In this document: piece after piece, positions 23,945 through 31,110 of the stretch
Layout: the number at the start of each line of letters is the position of its first letter
Position numbering within the stretch: position 1 is the stretch's first letter
Notes under the pieces: generated by a model
What the model saw: only the letters and a program-made list of their open reading frames with translations
What the model was told of the DNA's origin: nothing
Database searches by the model: none
Assembly: GCA_019658985.1 (NCBI GenBank)
Contig: JAIFWS010000001.1
Span: forward strand, 1-31,110
Source: Candidatus Parcubacteria bacterium
GTDB lineage: Bacteria; Patescibacteriota; Minisyncoccia; Minisyncoccales; Staskawiczbacteraceae
DNA length: 31,110 nt
Direction of reading: 5' to 3'
Made by a program: the position numbers and the translations under genes

Positions 23945-25234
23945 TTACAGCTGGCGGCCTAAAAGACTACACACCCATTCCAGTATCTTTTCCGGCCACG
24001 GCCGTTTCCGCCAGAGATCCAAATTAATTTCTTTGCATTTTTCCAGGTCCATATTAAATTCCTTCCGCATTTTCAAACCGAAAGATTCGCTCAAAACACA
24101 TAATACATTCTCTTCATTTAATTCCTCGGACCGCACATCCATATTGGCCGATCCTAAAATAGACCAGCAATCGTCGGCCAGGAAATTTTTGGAATGGATC
24201 ATCGTCGGCTGGTATTCGTAAATTTTCACGCCCGCCGAAAGAAGCCGGTCGTAGTAATATCTTCCGGCGTAGTAAACTAATTTTTCATCATTATTAATAT
24301 TGGGGACTATCAAGACAACATCCACCCCCTCCTGCGCTTTTTGGATGAAGACTTGGCGTATGTACTTACTCGGAAAAAAATAAGAATTCTGGATGTAAAT
24401 GCCCTTTTGCGCCGCCATGCACGAAAGCCAGAGCACATTGCGCAGGAGATTTGTTTCCAGCACCGGCGAACTGGTAAGGCTGATCCATTTTGATTCCGTG
24501 GTTTCTTCCTCGATCGGCGGATACACCCCTTCGCCGGTAAGGATTTCACCGCAGGCATTAGTCCATAAGGTATTAAACACCCGTTGGATCGCACGCGCCT
24601 GGGTGCCGGTTACCCGGAACATTACATCGCGCCAATGCTTTTTGTCTTGGGCGTCTCCCGTCCACTCCTGGCCGATGGCAGAGCCGCCGGTGTATCCGAA
24701 TTTTCCGTCAATGATAAAAGCCCGGCAGTGGTTGCGGCGGTGATAGCGGGTCAGGATGCCAAACCGCAATGGGCGGAACCACACTATTTTTATACCGCCC
24801 TCCTCAAGCTGGAGCTGGTTTGCTTTGTAGAATGTATTGGATCCGGTGCTGTCCAACAGGAGCCGGACTTCAATTCCCTCCTGGGCTTTACGTAAAAGAG
24901 CGCTCAATATCTGCTGGCCGATCGGGTCATGCGGCCGCAAAATGAAAACGGTGATATGGATTGTTTTTTTGGCGTTCTCAATATCATTCAAAAGTGCCGG
25001 GAAAAATCCGTCCCCGTTATTGAGTATTTGCGGCAATCCGCCATGTTCAAACGTAGTACGGCTAGTAGCTTCCAAAGCCCGTAAAAAACTCTCATCTTTG
25101 AAACTGACCCGCCCCCGCAGGTTGAATTTCTCCGGGCCGCGTCCCAGTGAAGTGAAAAAAGATAAAAACCAAAAACCAAACCCGAGAATTCCGGATATCA
25201 ACAAGAATATTTCCACTACCGGCAGGATCATCAT
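23945..25234 (-). CDS. Cardiolipin synthase-like phospholipase D protein
   Basis: N-terminal TM, RNHCRAFIIDG...GG (variant HKD1), WRDVMFRVTG and HSKNFLADD...GSANMD (HKD2). Confidence 0.9.
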   Translation of the reverse strand: MMILPVVEIFLLISGILGFGFWFLSFFTSLGRGPEKFNLRGRVSFKDESFLRALEATSRTTFEHGGLPQILNNGDGFFPALLNDIENAKKTIHITVFILRPHDPIGQQILSALLRKAQEGIEVRLLLDSTGSNTFYKANQLQLEEGGIKIVWFRPLRFGILTRYHRRNHCRAFIIDGKFGYTGGSAIGQEWTGDAQDKKHWRDVMFRVTGTQARAIQRVFNTLWTNACGEILTGEGVYPPIEEETTESKWISLTSSPVLETNLLRNVLWLSCMAAQKGIYIQNSYFFPSKYIRQVFIQKAQEGVDVVLIVPNINNDEKLVYYAGRYYYDRLLSAGVKIYEYQPTMIHSKNFLADDCWSILGSANMDVRSEELNEENVLCVLSESFGLKMRKEFNMDLEKCKEINLDLWRKRPWPEKILEWVCSLLGRQL

Positions 25235-25370
25235 GCGATAAGTTTAACTCTTTTTCATGAAATAATCATGAAAGCTCGTTGCAATCGGCGGAAAAATTCA
25301 CCAAGATCCTCAACGCGGATTCGAAAAAATAAAGGATGCTAACCCTTTGTCGCCTACGTCGCTCAGAAGT

Positions 25371-25407
25371 AAAAAAGGCCCGCGGCTGGTCGAAACCAGC
25401 CGCGGGC
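25371..25407 (-). terminator. Intrinsic terminator after the 159-aa ORF
   Basis: Perfect 13-bp stem GCCCGCGGCTGGT / ACCAGCCGCGGGC with a 4-nt loop (UUCG on the minus strand) and a U-tract. Confidence 0.85.
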
Positions 25408-25412
25408 TTGCA

Positions 25413-25892
25413 CTACCGCCATTGCTCCGGCGGCAAGAGCCAAAAATCGGGGTGGAGCGATATCGAACAGTGGGGATGGCTATCACCGATAGCCCGGAGA
25501 ACTTCAATGGTTCCTTCGAGCCACCGCGGGTCGCACGACACCAAATCCTGTGCATCCAGGCAGACCAGCGCCCTCTTCCCATCCAGGAGGAGGGCAACCA
25601 CTTCGGAGGTGCACTCTCCCCACCACCTGGTATTCACCCCGGTGAGCTGGCGCTCGATCGAGGTGATTCCCCCGCCTTCGGGAACGAACATGTATAACTG
25701 CATGCCGACAGAAACCATCGTGCCGCGGTGAAGCTTCTCACCCACCGCGAATTCACTTTTTCCGTCCTTGGCGATCTTCTGCAGATACGGATCTCCAGTT
25801 CCCGTGTAGGTGATTTGTACCACGTACACAGAACGGGAAACCGTCACGGCGTAGAATCGCTCAAGAACATCATCCAGCCTTTCGGCTTTCAT
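25413..25892 (-). CDS. Hypothetical protein (GC-rich, stand-alone)
   Basis: 159 aa, SD AAGGAGG, own TTGATA-16-TAGTAT promoter candidate and terminator. Confidence 0.75.
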   Translation of the reverse strand: MKAERLDDVLERFYAVTVSRSVYVVQITYTGTGDPYLQKIAKDGKSEFAVGEKLHRGTMVSVGMQLYMFVPEGGGITSIERQLTGVNTRWWGECTSEVVALLLDGKRALVCLDAQDLVSCDPRWLEGTIEVLRAIGDSHPHCSISLHPDFWLLPPEQWR

Positions 25893-25997
25893 CAGGACCT
25901 CCTTCCCAACAAGAGACTGATTTCACTACTACAATACTATCCAATTTCCAAGAATTATCAAATTTTAAATTAAAAAATGAAGTTATAAATAAAATGA

Positions 25998-26023
25998 GCC
26001 CGTCCTGACGCGTCAGGACGGGC
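25998..26023. terminator. Perfect 26-bp palindrome (probable terminator)
   Basis: GCCCGTCCTGACG|CGTCAGGACGGGC, followed on the minus strand by TCATTTTATTT. Confidence 0.7.
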
Positions 26024-26362
26024 CCTGCTCCGCTTCAGCCGCGGCGAGCGTGTCTTCGAAGACGAAGGTGGTGACCACCGCCCACGAGCTGTCGAAGTTT
26101 TCGTACTTCCATCGACGGGTGAACCCAGCTTGAGGAACAATCGGGCCAAATCCTCGTGACAGGAACGTTGCGAACCTACCCAGAGTCTCTTGGCGCGCAT
26201 GTCCATGAAAGACCGCTCGATGGCATCGGCCGCCTCTTGGACCGATCCGAAGTACTCGGTGTCTTCCAGATCCTTATTGGCCCGGCCGATCTGGCAGGCC
26301 ACCACATTCCTGCCGACCAACTGCTGGTTCATCGTAACGTCGGGAAACGCCGGGAATCCCAT
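26013..26362 (-). pseudogene. Hypothetical gene with a probable single-base frameshift near 26195
   Basis: SD AAGGAGG at the start. After ...MDMRA a second frame reads QETLGRFATFLSRGFGPIVPQAGFTRRWKYENFDSSWAVVTTFVFEDTLAAAEAEQGPS*, ending at a terminator palindrome. Confidence 0.5.
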
Positions 26363-26494
26363 ACCCCCTCCTTCTTCTCAGGGACGCGACTAGAGCAAGC
26401 CGTCGCTTAGCTTGCGTTAGTAATATTCTTTTTTACGATTACTGTCAAATAAAAACCTCGCCAAGAATACTCCGGGCGAGGCATCCGAAGTGCC

Positions 26495-26845
26495 TCATTT
26501 TTTAGCCTGCTCGCGCTCGACATAGTCGATCGCTTCGCCGACCGTCTTGATCTGCTCGGCCTGGTCATCGGGGATCGTGATCTCGAACTGCTCCTCCAGT
26601 TCCATCACGAGCTCCACGATGTCCAGCGAGTCGGCGCCGATGTCCTCAACGAACGCGGTCTGGCGGGTAACCTGTTCCTTATTCACCCCCAGGTTTTCAC
26701 AGACGATGTCGATCACACGCTCCTCGACCGAGGAACTGGTCACGGGCTGCGCCACGCCGGCCGTCTCGGGCACGACCCTGGGGACGATCTCGATTTCGGC
26801 CTTGGGCTCGGGCTCTTTCGGCGAACCGTAGCTCTTCCTGGCCAT
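26495..26845 (-). CDS. acpP: Acyl carrier protein with a ~38-aa N-terminal extension
   Basis: [41 protein letters not shown] (phosphopantetheine Ser in DSL). Own TTGACA-16-TAATAT promoter, SD and terminator. Confidence 0.93.
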   Translation of the reverse strand: MARKSYGSPKEPEPKAEIEIVPRVVPETAGVAQPVTSSSVEERVIDIVCENLGVNKEQVTRQTAFVEDIGADSLDIVELVMELEEQFEITIPDDQAEQIKTVGEAIDYVEREQAKK

Positions 26846-26920
26846 CTCTTCTCTCCCTTGGGTTCGGGCGATGGGCTTCTGCTAATCTCATATTAATTCT
26901 TTCCATTGTTCTGTCAAACA

Positions 26921-26949
26921 AAAAACCACCCGTGTCCCGGGTGGTTTTT
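26921..26949. terminator. Bidirectional intrinsic terminator after the MFS gene
   Basis: AAAAACCACCCG-TGTCC-CGGGTGGTTTTT. Confidence 0.8.
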
Positions 26950-26961
26950 AAAATATCTGAT

Positions 26962-28599
26962 TTAGTGGGCGGAAGCAATTGATTTACCGACTTCTACATC
27001 TTTTGAATTAGGCAATAAGAAAGAAAGCGCCAAACCGAACACGACGAACATCGCCGCAAAAAGAAGCATCTCACGGTTACCGTCTACGGTTGCCTGGTTG
27101 CCCAGGGACGTGATTTCGTTGGTAATAGCAGGGGGAATATTTTGGCTTGATAACGACGAAGTTCCGGAAAATTCAATATTAGAAGATTGCTGGTTTACAT
27201 TCTGCACGATAACGGGTTTTAATGGTTCGGGGATTACCGAGCTGGCCTGAATGCCGCTGATCAGATGAGAAGATAGAACTGAAAGTAAAACGGCTCCCAA
27301 GATAGCCGCCCCGAGTGTCGCGCCCAATTGCCGCATCGTCGTATTAACCCCGGAAGCCTCACCGGATTCCTGGACTGAAACCGCAGAAAGGGCCATATTG
27401 GTGGTTTGCGAGAATAAAAATCCTGATCCGATTCCGAATAAGATAAATCCGGGAGCGAGCGCCCATTGGCTGGACACAATGCTTATCTCGGAGCGTAATA
27501 ATAAAAATCCGACAATATTAATAAGGAAGCCAAGCTGGATAAGATGTTTAGGCCTGACATACTTGCTGATGTAAGCTGAAAAAGGCGCGGCAAATAATAG
27601 TGAAAGTGTCATCGGCAAGAGGGCGTAACCGGTATGTAGCGCGTCCAGATGCTTTACTCCTTGCAAAAATACTGGCATGGCAAAGAAGATCCCTGTCTGG
27701 ACTAATGCCAATACTGCGGTAACCGAAGCAGCAACGGTGAATTGTTTATTTTTAAAAAGGGCCAGTGATACCAGTGGCGTTTTACCGCTTTTTTGCATCC
27801 CCATTTCCCATAAGATAAATAATTCCAATAAGAATATTCCCGCCGCCAGGAAATACGGCACTACAGTATATCCGGCCGGCATAATCGTTTGCCCAAATAC
27901 AATAAAGGCTTTGGTAGAAAAGAACCAGCCATAGGTTGAGGATTCAATCAATCCGAACACAATAGAAAGCAACCCGAGCGCTGACAAGGTAATACCCACA
28001 AAATCAATTGTTATTTTTTCTTCAGTATCACGCGCTTCTTTTATAAGATAGGCACCCAGCACAAGAATAAGCGCTACTCCCACATTCAACCGGAAGGCCC
28101 AGCGCCAAGAATAATAGGTGGTAAGCCATCCTCCGAAGATAGGACCGAAGGCAGCGGAGGCTGCCGCAATCCCTCCCCAGATCCCAAAAGCAAGCTGGCG
28201 GTCGCGGCCCTGATAATTGGAAACTAATAATGAGGTGGTAGCCGGCAGCATCAGGCACGCGCCAATCCCCTCAATAATAGCCTCGCCTACAACCATGATG
28301 CCCACGCTATTACTTATGGAAGCGATGAAAGATCCGACGGCGAAAATAATAGCTCCCAAAATAAACATCCGTTTGCGTCCAAAAAAGTCGCCGAAACGCC
28401 CTCCGGTAATCGTAAAGGCAGCCAGCATAAGGGAGTAGGCCGTAATTACCCATTGGATACTCAGCACATCGGTATGCAGGTCTGTGATAATATTCTTCAA
28501 TGAAACATTGAGGATCGTCGTATCGAGCACGATGATGGTCAGGGCGAAACTCAGCACGATAAGCGGAGCCCATTTTCTTAAAGCTTCTGATAGTTTCAT
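26962..28599 (-). CDS. DHA2 (EmrB/QacA-type, 14-TMS) MFS transporter
   Basis: LDTTILNVSL, WVITAYSL, GGRFGDFFGRKRMF (motif A), GPIFGGWL...SWRWAFRLNV and MRQLGATLGAAILG. Confidence 0.92.
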   Translation of the reverse strand: MKLSEALRKWAPLIVLSFALTIIVLDTTILNVSLKNIITDLHTDVLSIQWVITAYSLMLAAFTITGGRFGDFFGRKRMFILGAIIFAVGSFIASISNSVGIMVVGEAIIEGIGACLMLPATTSLLVSNYQGRDRQLAFGIWGGIAAASAAFGPIFGGWLTTYYSWRWAFRLNVGVALILVLGAYLIKEARDTEEKITIDFVGITLSALGLLSIVFGLIESSTYGWFFSTKAFIVFGQTIMPAGYTVVPYFLAAGIFLLELFILWEMGMQKSGKTPLVSLALFKNKQFTVAASVTAVLALVQTGIFFAMPVFLQGVKHLDALHTGYALLPMTLSLLFAAPFSAYISKYVRPKHLIQLGFLINIVGFLLLRSEISIVSSQWALAPGFILFGIGSGFLFSQTTNMALSAVSVQESGEASGVNTTMRQLGATLGAAILGAVLLSVLSSHLISGIQASSVIPEPLKPVIVQNVNQQSSNIEFSGTSSLSSQNIPPAITNEITSLGNQATVDGNREMLLFAAMFVVFGLALSFLLPNSKDVEVGKSIASAH

Positions 28600-28742
28600 A
28601 TTCTGTATAGTATAAAGAGGTTACTATTTTTTAGTTAATTTTACATCAAATATATAAGCATCTTAACTAATTAAATGCGTTTTGTAAAGAAGCAAAAACA
28701 CCCCTTTGGGTGTTTTTGCGTCCAAGTAAAAATATTACATCG

Positions 28743-29897
28743 TTAATTTATTTCCCTTCCGTCTTCCCAAACCGACATTCCCTTTTTCTTTAATTCTTGG
28801 AAAAATTCATTCGTCGGAACCGCCATATCCGGCGCGAAACTGCCGCGGGCGGTAAGCCGGCCATCATGGATCATCTGGGCCATAATCGATGCTGGCAAGC
28901 CCGTATCAATATTGCATCCCGCTTCATTCCAGCCAGGCAACGTCGATACGAGGCACTCCATTCTTTTGATAAGGATGTTCCCTTCTTTACCCTTTCCCGA
29001 CACTTCCACCCAGAGATTCTCCCTCTCACTATACTCTTCCGGGCGGGGCAGACGGGTAAGAATACGCGCCACCGCGTCCACCGGGCAAAGGACGTCGTCC
29101 TCAAACGGCAATTCATCATACGTATTAAAGCCGAGTTCGATTAATTTGTTTAATGTTTCCAATGCGTGATCAGGGAAGCCTCCATAAAATCTGATGTTCT
29201 TTGGTTTTAAATGCGCATAGTCAACGGAAAAAGTGTATTGCTCCGGATGGGTAACCAGATAACATTTTTGCGAACCGATTTCCCGGAACTCCCGAGTGAT
29301 CTCAGAACCCTTAGGATCTTTTTTAAGCCATACCCCGTCTTCCATGAGCGGAGCCGGCTCGGTAAGTTCCCAAAAAATACTCGGCATGGAAAAAGGGACG
29401 TAAAACTTTTTTACATTGGAATCCCACGCGAAACCAAGCTCTATCGTATCAATCTCGCTGAAAAACTGCGACGCGTGTTTCATCATCACATTATTAATGC
29501 CGGGAGTGGAACCGCATCCGGTAATGGCCACCAGATTGGCCTTCTTGAAAGCATCGTGCATATCAAGCTGGTCTTTGGTCATATCAAAATCAGACCCAAG
29601 GTCGATGACGTGTTTTTTTTCCTGAAGGCATATTTTGTAGACAGTATCATTCCAATCCCCCTCCGCGCAATTGACGACAATCGGCACATCAAGCCCCTTC
29701 AGTAATTTTTTAATGCTTTTTTCCTCACGCAAATCAACTGTGGCAAACGACATATCTTTAAACTTGGCCAAATTTTTTTCTGACCCTTCCTTGTAAAGAT
29801 CGGCGCAACATACTTTATACCCGGATTCTAAAAGATCGCGGGTGACAATCTGGCCCTGCATTCCGTTGGACCCGATAACTAAAAAATCATATTTCAT
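28743..29897 (-). CDS. Saccharopine dehydrogenase-family NAD(P)-dependent oxidoreductase
   Basis: LVIGSNGMQG Rossmann motif, HVIDLG and ITGCGSTPGINN (GxGxxPG). Confidence 0.85.
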   Translation of the reverse strand: MKYDFLVIGSNGMQGQIVTRDLLESGYKVCCADLYKEGSEKNLAKFKDMSFATVDLREEKSIKKLLKGLDVPIVVNCAEGDWNDTVYKICLQEKKHVIDLGSDFDMTKDQLDMHDAFKKANLVAITGCGSTPGINNVMMKHASQFFSEIDTIELGFAWDSNVKKFYVPFSMPSIFWELTEPAPLMEDGVWLKKDPKGSEITREFREIGSQKCYLVTHPEQYTFSVDYAHLKPKNIRFYGGFPDHALETLNKLIELGFNTYDELPFEDDVLCPVDAVARILTRLPRPEEYSERENLWVEVSGKGKEGNILIKRMECLVSTLPGWNEAGCNIDTGLPASIMAQMIHDGRLTARGSFAPDMAVPTNEFFQELKKKGMSVWEDGREIN

Positions 29898-29953
29898 ATA
29901 TGATTATTATATCATATAATGGTAATAGGCTATATGACAGGTTATTAACATCT

Positions 29954-31110
29954 ATGAAACACGAAATATTTTGGAAAAATCCCAGCTATCAACCAAGGCC
30001 GGCGTTATCGGGGGACATCGAATGCGACTATCTTATTGTCGGTGGAGGGATAACGGGAGTCTCGGCCGCTTATTTTTTGGCAAAGTCAGGCGAAAAAAAT
30101 ATTGTACTTATCGATAAAAACCAAATTGCCAGCGGGGCCACCGGCATGGCCGCCGGCAGCCTTGTGCTGCAGGGAGAAACTGATTTACTCGATCTTTTTA
30201 AAACGCATTCGCCGGAAGAAGCCGTACTTTATTGGGAAGGGATCCACCAGGGACTCGACAGCATACAAGAGGTCATTAAAACAGAACACATCGATTGCGA
30301 TGCCGAGCCGCAAGATACTTTTTATGGCGGCTACAGATATACATCGCTTATTGATCTTGATAAAGAATATGAAGCCCAAAAAAGCCTCGAACCGACGACA
30401 CGATACCTGACAGGAGAAGAGCTCAGGAAAGAATTAAATACACCGCTATTTACCCGGGCAATCCTCTCCTCATTCCATGGGCTATCGGTCAACCCCTTAA
30501 AACTGACCCAAAACCTATCCAATGCGCTGGTAAAATACGGGGTAAGCATTTATGAAAATACGGCATATCTGGGCTCAACGAATAGCGTAGCTAAAACGGG
30601 GCAGGGCTCTATCAGGTATAAGAAAATGATTGTAGGCATCGACGCGGATGATCCTACCGACGAAGTCAAAACCCAAAAAACAACCATTGGCATTACGCGG
30701 CCTCTGACTGAAGCTGAACTCGAGGAAACAGGGCTTAAAAAAAAGAAAATCGTGTGGGACACCAAGAAAAGTTACCACTATTTTAAACTGACAAAAGATA
30801 ACCGGCTTCTCATCGGTTTTGGCACCACCATTGTCCATAAAAAGCACCGGAAAACCCAGCCGCATCTTCCGCATTTTAACCAGATTGAAAGTTTTTCTAA
30901 AAAACTGTTCCCCTATCTTAATCTTCCTTTTGAATACGCCTGGACGGGAAACTTCGGCGTGACTAAAAATTATGAGCCGCATATCGTCTTTGAAGACAAT
31001 AGCGTTTCAATCTCCGGCGCCGGTTCGCAAGTCATCTGCTTCATGGCTGCCCATCACGTGGTCAACAAACTCCTGGGCAAACCGTCAGACATGGATATCT
31101 CTTTCCCTCC
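29954..31110 (+). CDS. FAD-dependent oxidoreductase (DadA/PuuB-like), running off the window end
   Basis: Not in the ORF track. ATG at 29954 gives MKHEIFWKNPSYQPRPALSGDIECDYLIVGGGITGVSAAYFLAKSG...IASGATGMAAG (GxGxxG FAD motif) and appears open to 31110. Confidence 0.88.
   Translation, partial: MKHEIFWKNPSYQPRPALSGDIECDYLIVGGGITGVSAAYFLAKSGEKNIVLIDKNQIASGATGMAAGSLVLQGETDLLDLFKTHSPEEAVLYWEGIHQGLDSIQEVIKTEHIDCDAEPQDTFYGGYRYTSLIDLDKEYEAQKSLEPTTRYLTGEELRKELNTPLFTRAILSSFHGLSVNPLKLTQNLSNALVKYGVSIYENTAYLGSTNSVAKTGQGSIRYKKMIVGIDADDPTDEVKTQKTTIGITRPLTEAELEETGLKKKKIVWDTKKSYHYFKLTKDNRLLIGFGTTIVHKKHRKTQPHLPHFNQIESFSKKLFPYLNLPFEYAWTGNFGVTKNYEPHIVFEDNSVSISGAGSQVICFMAAHHVVNKLLGKPSDMDISFP

Noticed and set aside
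26465-26474. GAATACTCCG matching half of the array repeat in the acpP terminator loop
   Set aside because: A single 10-nt match with no partner arm or periodic flank; likely chance.
1-31110. tRNA or rRNA genes
   Set aside because: No cloverleaf or rRNA-like sequence was recognised; intergenic spaces are explained by promoters, terminators and arrays.

Overview
The window is bacterial chromosome, most likely from a Patescibacteria (CPR)-type genome. That is an inference: AT-rich host genes lack Shine-Dalgarno sites, and the gene set includes TrmB, YggT, a PG-binding HtrA and a single-chain PheRS. Most genes are on the minus strand: gyrB, a mitochondrial-type monomeric PheRS, a receiver-only response regulator, a ZIP transporter, a GNAT, glmS and trmB on the left; yggT, an HtrA-like protease, SanA/DUF218, a csoR-HMA/DsbD-copA copper operon, a cardiolipin-synthase-like PLD, a lone ACP, an MFS pump and two oxidoreductases on the right. 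The standout is an ~8 kb island (about 8911-16940) between trmB and yggT. It holds three non-canonical repeat-spacer arrays (47 full repeats plus one half repeat, unit length 60-86 nt), a DinG/XPD-family helicase lying between arrays, a 308-aa protein with a C-terminal cold-shock-like domain, and a divergently transcribed orphan Cas7-like RAMP protein. The ~16-nt repeats co-vary as a minus-strand RNA hairpin with a 6-bp stem and GUNN loop. The spacers show a strong 5-nt periodicity (+ strand RCN-NN, RNA strand NN-NGY), so they do not look like captured protospacers. No cas1, cas2, cas5, cas6, cas8, integrase or RT is present. This looks like a minimal RNA-guided system with pentamer-coded guides. 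From memory it resembles the recently reported VIPR-type systems (Cas7-like protein plus GGY/NN RNAs), here with a relaxed code and an added type IV-A-like DinG helicase. All analysis was by eye; no database searches were run.
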